This document shows positions 13,101 to 25,100 of a stretch of DNA of 64,000 bases, piece by piece. This DNA comes from Phoronis australis (lineage: Eukaryota; Animalia; Phoronida): contig NMRA01000077.1 of NCBI GenBank assembly GCA_002633005.1, positions 806,001 through 870,000 of the forward strand, in the 5' to 3' direction. Positions within the stretch are counted from its first letter, which is position 1. Each line of letters starts with the position of its first letter. A program made the translations under genes and the position numbers. Under the pieces are notes generated by a model. It saw only the letters and a list, made by a program, of their open reading frames with translations. It searched no databases and had not been told where the DNA came from.

Positions 13101-16100
13101 CGCAGATGGTGACGATGATGGTGGTGATGACAGTGATGATGATAAAAATGATCACGATGGAATCAGAGACTGCACATACCTTTCAATCCACCTATCTACC
13201 TGTGGATTTTTCAACATTTCAGGACGTTTAGCGTTGACCACAGCGAGTGTCGCCGATTGAACATCACCCGTGATGTCAACGTATGTTTGAAGCAGGTCAA
13301 TGCCCTCGTTTGAGATACCTAGGGAAAAGGGAAAGGTCATTTCCTGGTCCTGCGTGTACCATAACTCTGTTTCTTAAGGAAACTAAAGAGCGGATAACCC
13401 AATCCCTGTTTAGCATGTACAACGTGTTGTAAATTTCTTATTTGAAAAACACATATTTCAAGTTCTAAGGAACTAAACCAGTTATTTCATGACTAACCTT
13501 TCAAAGTACACATGAATCACACATGACAAAATTTTCATTTAGATCCATACAACAAACAAACAAAAAACAAACAAAAGGTAATTTCTGCATAATTGTAAAT
13601 AGTTCAGCAAAGAGATAACCCAAAGTTATTTAAAATTTATATGAATTTATATCACTCACACATCACTCAAGTGTAACATACATGTCATCAAAAGATACAC
13701 ACAGTGACATATTTTGTGATGAATACATTTTAGAGCCTATTAAGCAACAAATATTAAACAAACAAAACGGTGTTCAATGAGTGCATGCTAAAGAGTAGGT
13801 TGACTTGCTCTCGTCTAAACTTGGTGATTTTGACCTAATCAAAAATGTCGCAGTATGGGGGCGGTATCATTTTTTTGGCGAACGGAGGGACCTAATACGA
13901 ATTAATTAGAAATTTTAATTATTTTCCACCAAGATTGGTGAGTTTAGACCAGTACAACAGGGATTGATTTAAAACAAAGTAAAAAAAAAAAATAATAATA
14001 AAAAATAGCTAACCAGTGAGAAGCATTCCATCAAGGTTTCCAGAGTCAATCATTTCCTTACACAACTTGTCTAAGAACTCCAGTAACTGCAACAGCAAGT
14101 CATATAATTAGTTACTGCAACAGCAAGTCATAACTCCAGTAACTGCAACAGCAAGTCATATAATTAGTAACTGCAACAGCAAGTCATAACTCCAGTAACT
14201 GCAACAGCAAGTCATATAATTAGTAACTGCAACAGCAAGTCATATAATTAGTAACTGCAACAGCAAGTCATATAATTAGTAACTGCAACAGCAAGTCATA
14301 TAATTAGTACCTGCAACAGCAAGTCATATAATTAGTAACTGCAACAGCAAGTCATATAATTAAACATTTAAACAAAATTATGTGCACAGTGGTTTGAAAA
14401 CACTGATATATTTCCTCAAAGTTTCATCAAGGTTATAGCAAAAATATGGAAAACAGACAAAAATAACATTGAGTTATATTTGAAAATAAACTGAAGACGT
14501 TAGCTTCGAAATTTTGGTGATTTTCGATGAGAAGAAATATCAACAATTTTTGAAAACTACTGTACGGCAATGAAGTTCTGCCTTGAGAGATAAACAGTTA
14601 AAGTTAGTTACAGAGTTAACATACCAGGGTAATCATAAAATTGCTATTTGATAATGAAGTGCCAACAAAAGAGAACCTCTCGTCCACACCCCCATTTCAG
14701 TTGACATGAATAATTTATCAGGTTGATGATAACCATCATTAGTCTAATCACCATTTACATCATCACAGCTCTATTAATTACGTATTATTGCTTAGCAATA
14801 AGAAATCATATAAAGCATCTTGACTGATGATAAATATTGTGTGAAAAATATCTTATCAACCATTTTTATGTTATGTCAAACCATTCATATAAATTCACAG
14901 AAATCAATAAGAGTTCACACAAAGCAACTTCTATAAAATAATGATAAAATATGATCAATTAAATTTGGTTGTATACATGTATTCATAATGTAGGTGATAC
15001 CAACTACAGCCTGTATACATGTAAACATAATGTAGGTGATACCAACTACAGCCTGTATACATGTATGCATAATGCTTGCGCAGGTAATACCAAATACTGC
15101 CTGTATACATGACATGTTTGCATGTATACATAATGTTTGTGCAGGTGATACCAACTACAGCCTGGAAGTTACCATTGGAGGTGGTCGAAAGTGATGTTCT
15201 ACGCACAACAATAATGATGTAATTAACAATAACCACATTCTTATGTATCAGGGAGACATGAAATTTGATGAATACAGCATGTCTGCCTGCAAACCTTAAA
15301 GGGGGACTTCTCGTTTTTACAGTACAAACTTGAAAATCACAGACTAGACTCTGAGAAACCAGTTACCTAAATTATTTTAAAAGAAACAAGAAAAATAATA
15401 ATTACAGACAGTATTGTGACTGTTGGATGTGGAGCATTTAGATTCAAGTGCCTGTGGAAACTACCCCATACCACGGTATACAAAAATTTGATGCAGTTTG
15501 CATGTACATGAGCAACCTGGCAAATTATTTACATTTTTGGCTGCGAGTACAGTAAAAACTGTCCAGTTTGGGATGGTCTCTTAAATTTGGGGACAATGAT
15601 ATCCAAACCAAAATTGAATTTTCTTGATTTCAATGATTGGGAGACAGGTGATTTTGGCGTTAATGTTTCGCAAATATGAGAAAAAGTATTTTGTAGATCA
15701 ATAGAGTCAGAAATTTGTGAAACTAGCTGCTGAGGCATCCCAATAGTGTGTAACATGGAGGTGAATGATTGTTTGTTGTTGATCACAATTCTTGAATCTG
15801 GAACAGCCAACATTGCCTATTTCTAAGCCTTGGTACAAGCTCTGACCATGAGCATAATGATTCTTTTTTAACAATGTCCCAAACTGGAGTTTTTACCATA
15901 AGAACGTAAAGTAGTATTGACTTGGCATCTTAAAAAGTCATAAAAGTTATGGCATGCCTTAGAGTCACTGAGATAACGATGGCATACCTTAGAGTCACTG
16001 AGATAACGATGGCATACCTTAGAGTCACTGAGATAACGACAGGCAAACGCCACTCGATCTTGTATCATCATACCACATTCACTCTAAAACAAACACAGAA

Positions 16101-19100
16101 TTCTAATTTTAGACAATTATCAGTGGAGGCATTAAATTGTCACCAAATGCATAGTAATATGAATATGAATATGAGAGTAGTAATCAGCTGCGTCTGAGAA
16201 TATCAGTTGTATTTTGACATGCAATGGACATTACCACCAGTAGTATTTTGACATGCAATGGACATTACCACCAGAAAGCTTAACACAACATAGTAGACTA
16301 AATTGTTCATTGACAAGCTGCACTTTACCTCTGTTTAGTTATTAATGTTGAATTCTTAACTGAAGTGCTTTGGGGTTTAAACATTACCACAGCCAAATTG
16401 TTTTGAATTGTTGTCAAATCATTTTTCGACTCTGTAATTTTATGGTTGGCCAACCCCAATAAACTATGAAGCGTGTTATAGAGTTGCTGACAGTTTCAAC
16501 GTTCTTTATTGCTAACAGAAAGAAATAAAATGGTACCATGGTAAGGAATAACATGAGACCGATTTTATTAGTCAAAGAGTAAAAGGTCTAATTTTCTACT
16601 AGCTAAACAGAGTGAAACGCAGTAAAATTCAAGTTACTGAAAATGATACTTGTATTATGAACTTATTAAGAGCTGAATGTGTATTGTGATATTCAGGAAA
16701 AGTAGGAACTGTGAGAAAAAGTAGGAACAAGAGCAGACGTTCATGAGTAGTTTCCATCGACACTTACCAATGATATTCACCTCATGTCACAGGCAGCACT
16801 TACCATCAGTTGGAGAGCCAGCAAGATTTTATTCACTTTTAAGGGCAAAAGGTTTGACTGCATAATTCTATTGTACATCACATACCATTGAAGGAAAGGG
16901 GCGTCTCAAGTTGCACAATCCTGGGATTTTGTTCCAACAGGACCCAAAAATTTATTTAATTAAAATTTTGAGAACAAGTTTATTTCATTCAAATCACCAC
17001 TCAAACTAAAATGATTCACCTTAAGACACGAAGATGCCTTTTCTTCAATGGTAAGTGATTTACAGAAGAATTACGCACTCAAACCTTTTAAACTCAAAAG
17101 TGCGAATAAAGTTCTTCTGGGTATCCAATTACATAGTATTAGATAGCATCGCTTGTGCTTGAGGAAGTCATTCATTTGCTGCTCCTGATAATCTAAAAGG
17201 ACTAATCACTACTACAAAAACCTAACTTAGACGGAAATTTTAGAACACTGAGAAAAAAAGTAGGAAAAAATAGGAAAAAGTTGGAAATATTGTGAATTTC
17301 AGAAAAAAGTACTAGGGAAATTAGGAACGTTTGAAAGCCTGCAGCTAACAGTACAGAGCTCCAACAATTAACATACACAACTCAATGGTGGCATATTAAC
17401 AGATTGTGAGATAGAGAAACAGTATAAAAAAACATAAACATGGGCGGCGCAACATAGGGGGCTGTTGTCAGTGCTACGCCGCACATGGTCTATGGGCGGT
17501 GCACCACAGGGGGTCTGAGGGGGCTTTAGCCCCCCACTTTGTTCAGTCCTGCGCCACCCATAATACAGACAGGCTTGTGTGAAGAGATTTACAGGGCAGT
17601 AGCACTACATAGTCACACTTAGACAGGCTTGTGTGAAGAGATTTACAGGGCAGTAGCACTACATAGTCACACTTAGACAGGCTTGTGTGAAGATTTACAG
17701 GGCAGTAGCACTACATAGTCACACTTAGATACACATGAATCAATGTTTTGAACAGAGCAAACAAACTACTATCAAAAACACATTATATTGGAACTCGTGA
17801 TGTTCACATCACAAGTCACCATTGAACAATTTGCCATCATTCAGCTGAGCATCCACACCCAGCCTTGTGACAAATATGGCGCAAGAAAGATTAGACATCC
17901 CCGTGTGTAATTGAAGAAGCATGTAGTTGGTAATTACTTCTGCCTCATCTACATGCACACTACAACTTGCCAAGTTATCTTAGAACAAGTCACTAAACTT
18001 TGATAATGTGGGGGAATGTGTCACTGTGAAGTTGCCCCAGACAAAACAGCATCTACACTGCTGCTACATCTAGCGACATATCCAGGGCAATTTGAAGACA
18101 TTTGGATAGCACTTCAGCTGCGAGAAAAACTTACAATCACGTCAATGAAATCGTCATTATCACAGGTTAGGAAGCAGAACATTGAGTTCAGGTAGGGCTG
18201 GCACAGCTGTGTTCGTAGCTCACTGCACGAATCCCGCCACAGGGTATGGCTGTGATCAGAGAAGCCAGACAGCGCCATGGCAACAACATTCAGGTTGACA
18301 GCACCCTCTACAGTACAAATGTGAAACTATGTTAAATGTGATCATCTGCCATTCAGGACAACAATGAAGGTGGCCTGATACCATTTCGGGCACATCAGGC
18401 ATGAGGCATGTGCGGACTGCAAGATACAATCCTTAACAAATTAGTGAAACTCGAAAAAGTTCTTCATGAAAGAATTCTTAAGGCTACCTCAAACTTTATT
18501 AAGTGGACTCCATTCTAACTTGTATATAAAAAACTGGGCTTTGTCAACTAGTAAAAGTTTTATTTTCTGAAAGAAAAAAAGATCAGGGAATATAACACTA
18601 AGTTTTACATTTATGTTTGTCAGAGATTGGCTGTGGGTTTGTTTAAAAGGTAGCTATGCTTTGAGATTGTGCGTAGGTGGAGAGAGAATGATTATATCCA
18701 GCAATTAATTTATTATATAACAACAACTAATTAGACAAGTGAAACCTGTTGTTAATTATGTAATTAACTACAAAGAAGAGTAACTACGCAAGCACCCTCT
18801 ATAAAGATTACTTCAATCAATCAAATTAATCAAATGTTTTATCTGCTATCCAAGCTGTAGGACTCTGCACTTGTTGGATGAATGTCTTGTTGGTGAATCT
18901 TCAAACTACACACACTGTATAGCGACTGTGTACTTGCTGGCCACAGTCTCTGGTGACGCAACACTTCAGGCAGTATCTTATTACCCACAATGCAAGTGAC
19001 AAGCTTTTAGTTAACTTCCTGTTTGTTAACCCTTGCCCTTGCAAAGATCCTCTTTAGAATCTTCCACGAGATGGCTCTGTAGTACAATTTCTTCTGTACA

Positions 19101-22100
19101 CTGTAGCAAGTCTTCTAGCTGCAACTACTCAATCCCATCCGAGGATTTTGCAAATTTCAACCCAAATTATAATAATGTACTTATTTAACGATTGGCTAAT
19201 ATAAACCACGATTTGCTCTCAGAAATTTATAGAATCTCTAGAGTGCTTTGACCCCAGAACCCAAAGTTGTAAACACCATCTAAAATAGATTTTGATGTTA
19301 AAATACATGTCAACAAGTTTGACCCCATGATTTAAAAGTACAAAAAATGTACAAATTTTGGGAAACTTAAAATGGAACTATCTGTACTAAATACTTATCA
19401 ATATTTATTCTGATATAGTTTCGTTATTGTCATTACGTTAAACATCTTTTTTTAAGTCAAAATTTCATTTTTAAGAAAAGTACATTCATAGCATCATAAC
19501 CCCTCCAGTTACCTAAAAAAGCCTTTTAGGAATTTTCGATTAGTCTTCTAGTTTGGTTTCTATGACAAATCAACTCGCAAAACGAAAGGTATTTAATTGT
19601 AAAAAATAGCAGTCGTAGTATTCATCTTTGATACTTTATGCAAAAACTAGGCCTTTATATTGAAAATCCTAAAAGCGTTTTTGAGATTGACGAATAAATA
19701 TTAAGTTTGCAAAGTTTCAGTGTAATCCACCGACCCATTTTCGAGAACTCGTGCTACAATTAAGTTGATTTGACGAAGCTGAGAAAAAGCCAGTTAAGTT
19801 TTCGGGTAATAATTCGGTCACTATAACCTACACACCCCTGAGTCACTATAACCTATACACCCCTGAGTCACTATAACCTCTACACTCCTGAGTCAATATA
19901 ACCTCTACACCCCTGAGACGAAATGGTGTCGGTGGTTAAAGCACGTTGTGAGCATGAGATCAAAACATGCACACTGTTAAATTATCTATCAAATTAAGGA
20001 ATTTGGGTGAGGATTTATCTCTTTTCACAACTTGCTGTGTTTGTGAACACAAAGTCACAGAGGCATTAGGCGACTCGTAACATTCGTTCTCAACAGTTGT
20101 ATGCAAGCAGACACCCAACTTCTTCAGGATCAAAACTACATTTTGTCTTTGATTTCCCCGGCACCTTTCTATCATACGTACACGTTGTTGGCTCAGTAGT
20201 ATGGCGACTTGCTGAATGAAAGGACTGAGGAGAGATATGATCTGTGTGACAGCGTAAGCTTTGACTTCAGATAAGTAGTAAACAAATTTTAACATTGTTG
20301 CACTATTACAAGGTGATTCTGCTGAATCTATTTTCTCGCTACACGGTATATATTTCGTATCTGAAGTCCCCCAAAGAATGAACAAAGGGTATTTTACTAC
20401 ACATATGTGAAATATTGTAAAAATGGCCAATTTTTGGGAATAAGGTTTGAGATATCCTTAAGGGTGCAAAGAGCATTATATGAAGAACTCGTTAAAAAAA
20501 ATGAGACATTAAACAAAGAAATGGCATTCATAGACTTTTACAAACTAATTTGGAAGTGATGATAGCTGATTATTGCTCACAAACTCTTCATGATTGTGAT
20601 AAAACACGTAGAAAGTCTTTTTTATTTAAAAATTCCAACCAACCATACCTGGGTCATCTCTCTGCCTTTTCTTAGCACCTTCCTTCAAAACTTTCAAAGC
20701 CAGAGGTATCTTCAGGTTAAACACAGCCAGTGTGGCAGCCCGCTCGTATAAACCAAGGTCAACCATTCTGCACAAAAAATTGATAATGCAATCATTTTGT
20801 AAGAAGAGGCAATGAGTTTGTTCAACACAGACATAATTGTACTGTATACATAATTGTACCGTATACATTATTGTACTGTATACATAATTGTACCGTATAC
20901 ATTATTGTACTGCGCTGGTAATCAAGTTAGCGGCAGTAAACATTTCTGGTGGAGCATTCAGTCCACAGTAACACATGTAACTCACTGCATTATAACAATC
21001 AAAGCATAATGATTCCATGTCAAAACACAAATACAGCAAGAGCAGCAAGGAGCGTTAATTTAAACTTCTTTAAAAGACTGGATGACCACTTCAGTGAATA
21101 CACTGATTTTCAAGTGCGCCCACAAATGCACCACAAACGGTGTGCTTCTAGGGGTGTTTATTTGTATCATAAAAATGGCCACTAGATGGCGCAAAATATG
21201 TCCAATCCATCCAAAATAGGGAACACGCTATAATTTTTCCATAGAAAGCTATGTAAGAAATTTCATAAAAATCTGCTGAGGAACTTCAGCAAAACAAAGG
21301 AAAACGGAAAAAAATGAAATTGCCACAAGGTGCACACCGTTTGTCGTATCTGTCTGAAAGTCGTCGCCGTCTGTTGTTAACTTCATACAAATACACTTAT
21401 AAAATTTAATAAAGCTTCTGCAGTGGGTTTAGAACATACAGCTATGGGCGCTTAACAAAACTGCCACTAGGAGGTGCCAAAGTAGTCGAAGTCATCGTCA
21501 ACTGTCCTCTTTACACTGAGAACATATACGCCAACTTTCAAACTAATCCTTAGAATGGCTTGGTTCAACTTGATAGAAGAGTGGATGCCCAAAAACAGAC
21601 TTGAAAACAGCAAAAATGGCCACTAGGTGGCGCAAAACACCTCAAATAAGTCCAAAAACAGAAAGATAGCGTCATTTCACTAATAGATGCCTACTTCCCA
21701 AATTTTATGACAATCCGTTAAGGACCTTTGAAGATACAGTAAACACAAAAAATAAAATTGCCACTAGGAGGCACACTGATAGTCAGATCTGTCCAAAAGT
21801 TGTCATCCTCCATTGCCAACTTCATATAAATACACTTGGCTAAATTAAGTAAAGATCCTACAGAAGGTTAAAGGGATACAGCCATGGGCGCAAAGCAAAA
21901 CAAAACTCCCACTAGGAGGCGCCACAGTAGTCGAAGTTGTCAGGAAATCATCGTCAGCTGTCCTCTTCAAAGTAAGAACATACAAGCAAATTTTCACAAT
22001 CATCCTTAGAGCGGTTTGGTTGATAGAGGGGCAGGTGCCAAAACAGTAAAAAAACAGTAAAAATGGCCACTAGGTGGCAAAAAATACCTCAAATCCATCC

Positions 22101-25100
22101 GAAAACAGGAGTATGCATCATCTCACTAATAGATGGCTATTTGCCAAAGTTTATGAAAATCCGTTGAAGACCTTTGATGATACAGAGGTAAGCGTAAAAA
22201 ACTAAAATTGCCACTAGGGGGCACACTGGTAGTCTGATCCGTCCGAAAGTTTGCTCATGCCGTCCCATCCATGAATGGAACACATGTGGAAAATTTCATG
22301 ATACGTCAAAGGGTTTTGGAGATAGAGCAGCGGACGCCAGACGAACGGCGCACGGACGTGGATAACGGCACAATGGATCCACATATAAATATAACAAAGA
22401 TGGCACTGATTATCAGCCAAGTAGTTACACTTTCTACACAAAACTAAAGTTCTCAAATTAAGTACATAACTGTTTCTCAGGAATTGCTGAATTTCAAGAA
22501 TTATTGCACTTACAGATATTTTCCTAAATGTTTTAATTGAAGAATTATTTGACAAAGTTTTGCTGATGGTGACCACGTAAAACTAATAGACTGGCTATTT
22601 TGTGCAGCTCTTTTCATTATACATCACTGTCGGACAAAAGATTGTAAAACATTTATGCACGGAAAATTGTACCATTTCCCTTACAAGAGTGATAAATGAC
22701 ACCTACTTATTCATCATGCTGTCAAAACTGCCATCTTCTGAAGAGCCCCAGTTACACATGGCCAGCGCTTTCAATCTGTCAAGCAAAGTCTGTTTTAACT
22801 CCACAGATATACAAGACATCACAACGGATCACTTTATACAGAACACGAAATATGAATGAAAGGCACTGGAATATACCTCTACTGTGTGACTACAGTTTAA
22901 GGACAAATATTTTGACGGGCTGGAACCAATGCCTCACGTCATATATTACTAGCTGATTGAGACACAAGTCCAAACAACGGAAGCCTGGAGGTCAAGATAT
23001 GAAGTGCTGAAAACATCGGAAAACAATTGGTCAACAAAGGACATAACCCAGGGTTATGTTCACTGGCGCTAGCATCAAGGCTCGGATCTAAAGGGCAATA
23101 ACAGAAGAAATGCAACCACCCACTAGCTTAGTCCCACGTCAGACAACCCTGAACAAAATCATGGATCCCTAGCTGCAGTATCTAGCAAGTTTGGTGAGAT
23201 CATGCAAAATCACGTGGGACCTTGCGTTTAATGACCATACCCACATATCTCCATTTACTTCATAAGCCAACACTAGCGTGTAATACTATTATCTCACTTA
23301 TATCTGGTCAGTTATCTCCACATGTAACCATATGTAGTATTTTTAGACAAAAACAAGAATGACATCTTGTAACACTGGACATCAAAAGCAATGTCAAGTG
23401 ATTATTTCTACTTTTGATATTAAACTGGGCTTCATTTCCTCTGCTTCCCTTTCTTGTACGTAGTCTCCAAACCAAACTATTTTTGTGCTGACTCATGAAA
23501 TGTTATCGATTTCCAAGACCTGCTATTTTGCAATTCCTGGTGAGCAGCAATTGAGCGTAAACTAACAAAATGGCTGCCACTGAAAGTGATTGCGCAACTA
23601 TGACTAAACATTGAATAGTGACAGAAGATAGCATAGGGAATAGATAAGCCAATTTTGGCCCAACTCTTGTGCAAGCAAAGGTTTCTGTCTTCAAGTGTCT
23701 CATAAAAAAATAACCATACCACAGTTGCGTTGACCTACTCACAAACGTACTCACCTGTTGTCTGACTTATAACACCTGTAAGGGCGGGACTTCTGTCCAT
23801 ACAACTCGTGGCTACATCTTTCATCTTTACTACTGGTCATTTCATTGGTCAGTAGTGACCGCACACCATCAGTACATGACCACACCTTGTTCTGAGCATG
23901 TAAAGTTTTCATCAGTAACACTGCTAAGGAAGCACAGAGATTCATTCTGAGTGACCGTACAAGTAATGTTAAAATAAATAATATGTCATGATATACCTAG
24001 CACAGAGGTACAAGTAATGTTAAAACAAATAATATGTCATGATATACCTAGCACAGAGGTACAGAAAACTCGAGCAGATGCAAAATTCTTGACGTTCTTA
24101 TATTGTATAAACTGTGATTTTTAGTTGAAAATAAGACACTAAATAAGTGATTTGTTGTTGTGAAGGTTTGTATCAGGAAAATTGAACTGTGTCAGGTGAG
24201 TTGGCAAAAACTAATGGTGATCAAATTTTACAACAAGAGCAATGCAGAGACTTGAAATGCGCCCACAAATGCACTGCAAACGGTGTGCTTCTAGGGGTGT
24301 TCAGGTGTGTCATAAAAATAGTCACTAGATGGTGCAAAAAATGTTGAATACATCCAAAATGAGAACACGTCTTTAATACATATTGACTGGATGGAAAAAT
24401 GATCAGAGATGCAGACAAGAGCAACGAGCCCATGAATGCACTGCAGAGAGTGTGGTTCTATCATTGTTTATTTGGTATAATAAAAATGGTCACTAGACGA
24501 TGCAAAATAAATCGAATCCACCCGAAAACGGGAACATGCCATCAATTTTTAATAGAAAACTGTTTATACATTGAATTTAATAAAAATCCGTAAAGGAACT
24601 TCAAACAAACAGAGGAACACGGAAAAAAATGAAATTGCCACTAGGGGGCACAGCATTCATCAGATACATCTGAAAGTCGTCCTCGTCCGTTGTCAATTTC
24701 ATATGAATACATTCGCTAAATTTAATTAAACATCCTGCAGAGTGTTTAGGAGATATAGCTATGGGCGCAAAAAAAAACAAAACTGCCACTAGGAGGCAAC
24801 ACAGTAGTCGAAGTCGTCGGAAAATCGTCAGCCCTCCTCTTCACATTAGGAACATACATGGCAATTTCCACAATCATCCTTTGAGTGGTTTGGTTGACAG
24901 AGGAGCAAATGCCGAAAAACAGACTCGAAAGCAGTAATAATCACTTGGAGGCCCAAAATACCTCAAATTCAGCCGAAGCCCAGAGGATAGCGTCACCTCA
25001 CTAAAAGATGCCTATTTGCTAAATTTCATGAAAATCCGTTGAGAACCTTTGAAGATAAAACTGAGGTAAATGTAAAAAACAAAAAAATGCCACTAGGGGG

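Noticed and set aside
19960-20430. 156-aa minus-strand ORF
   Set aside because: No recognisable domain and not needed for the MIOS frame; probably repeat-derived
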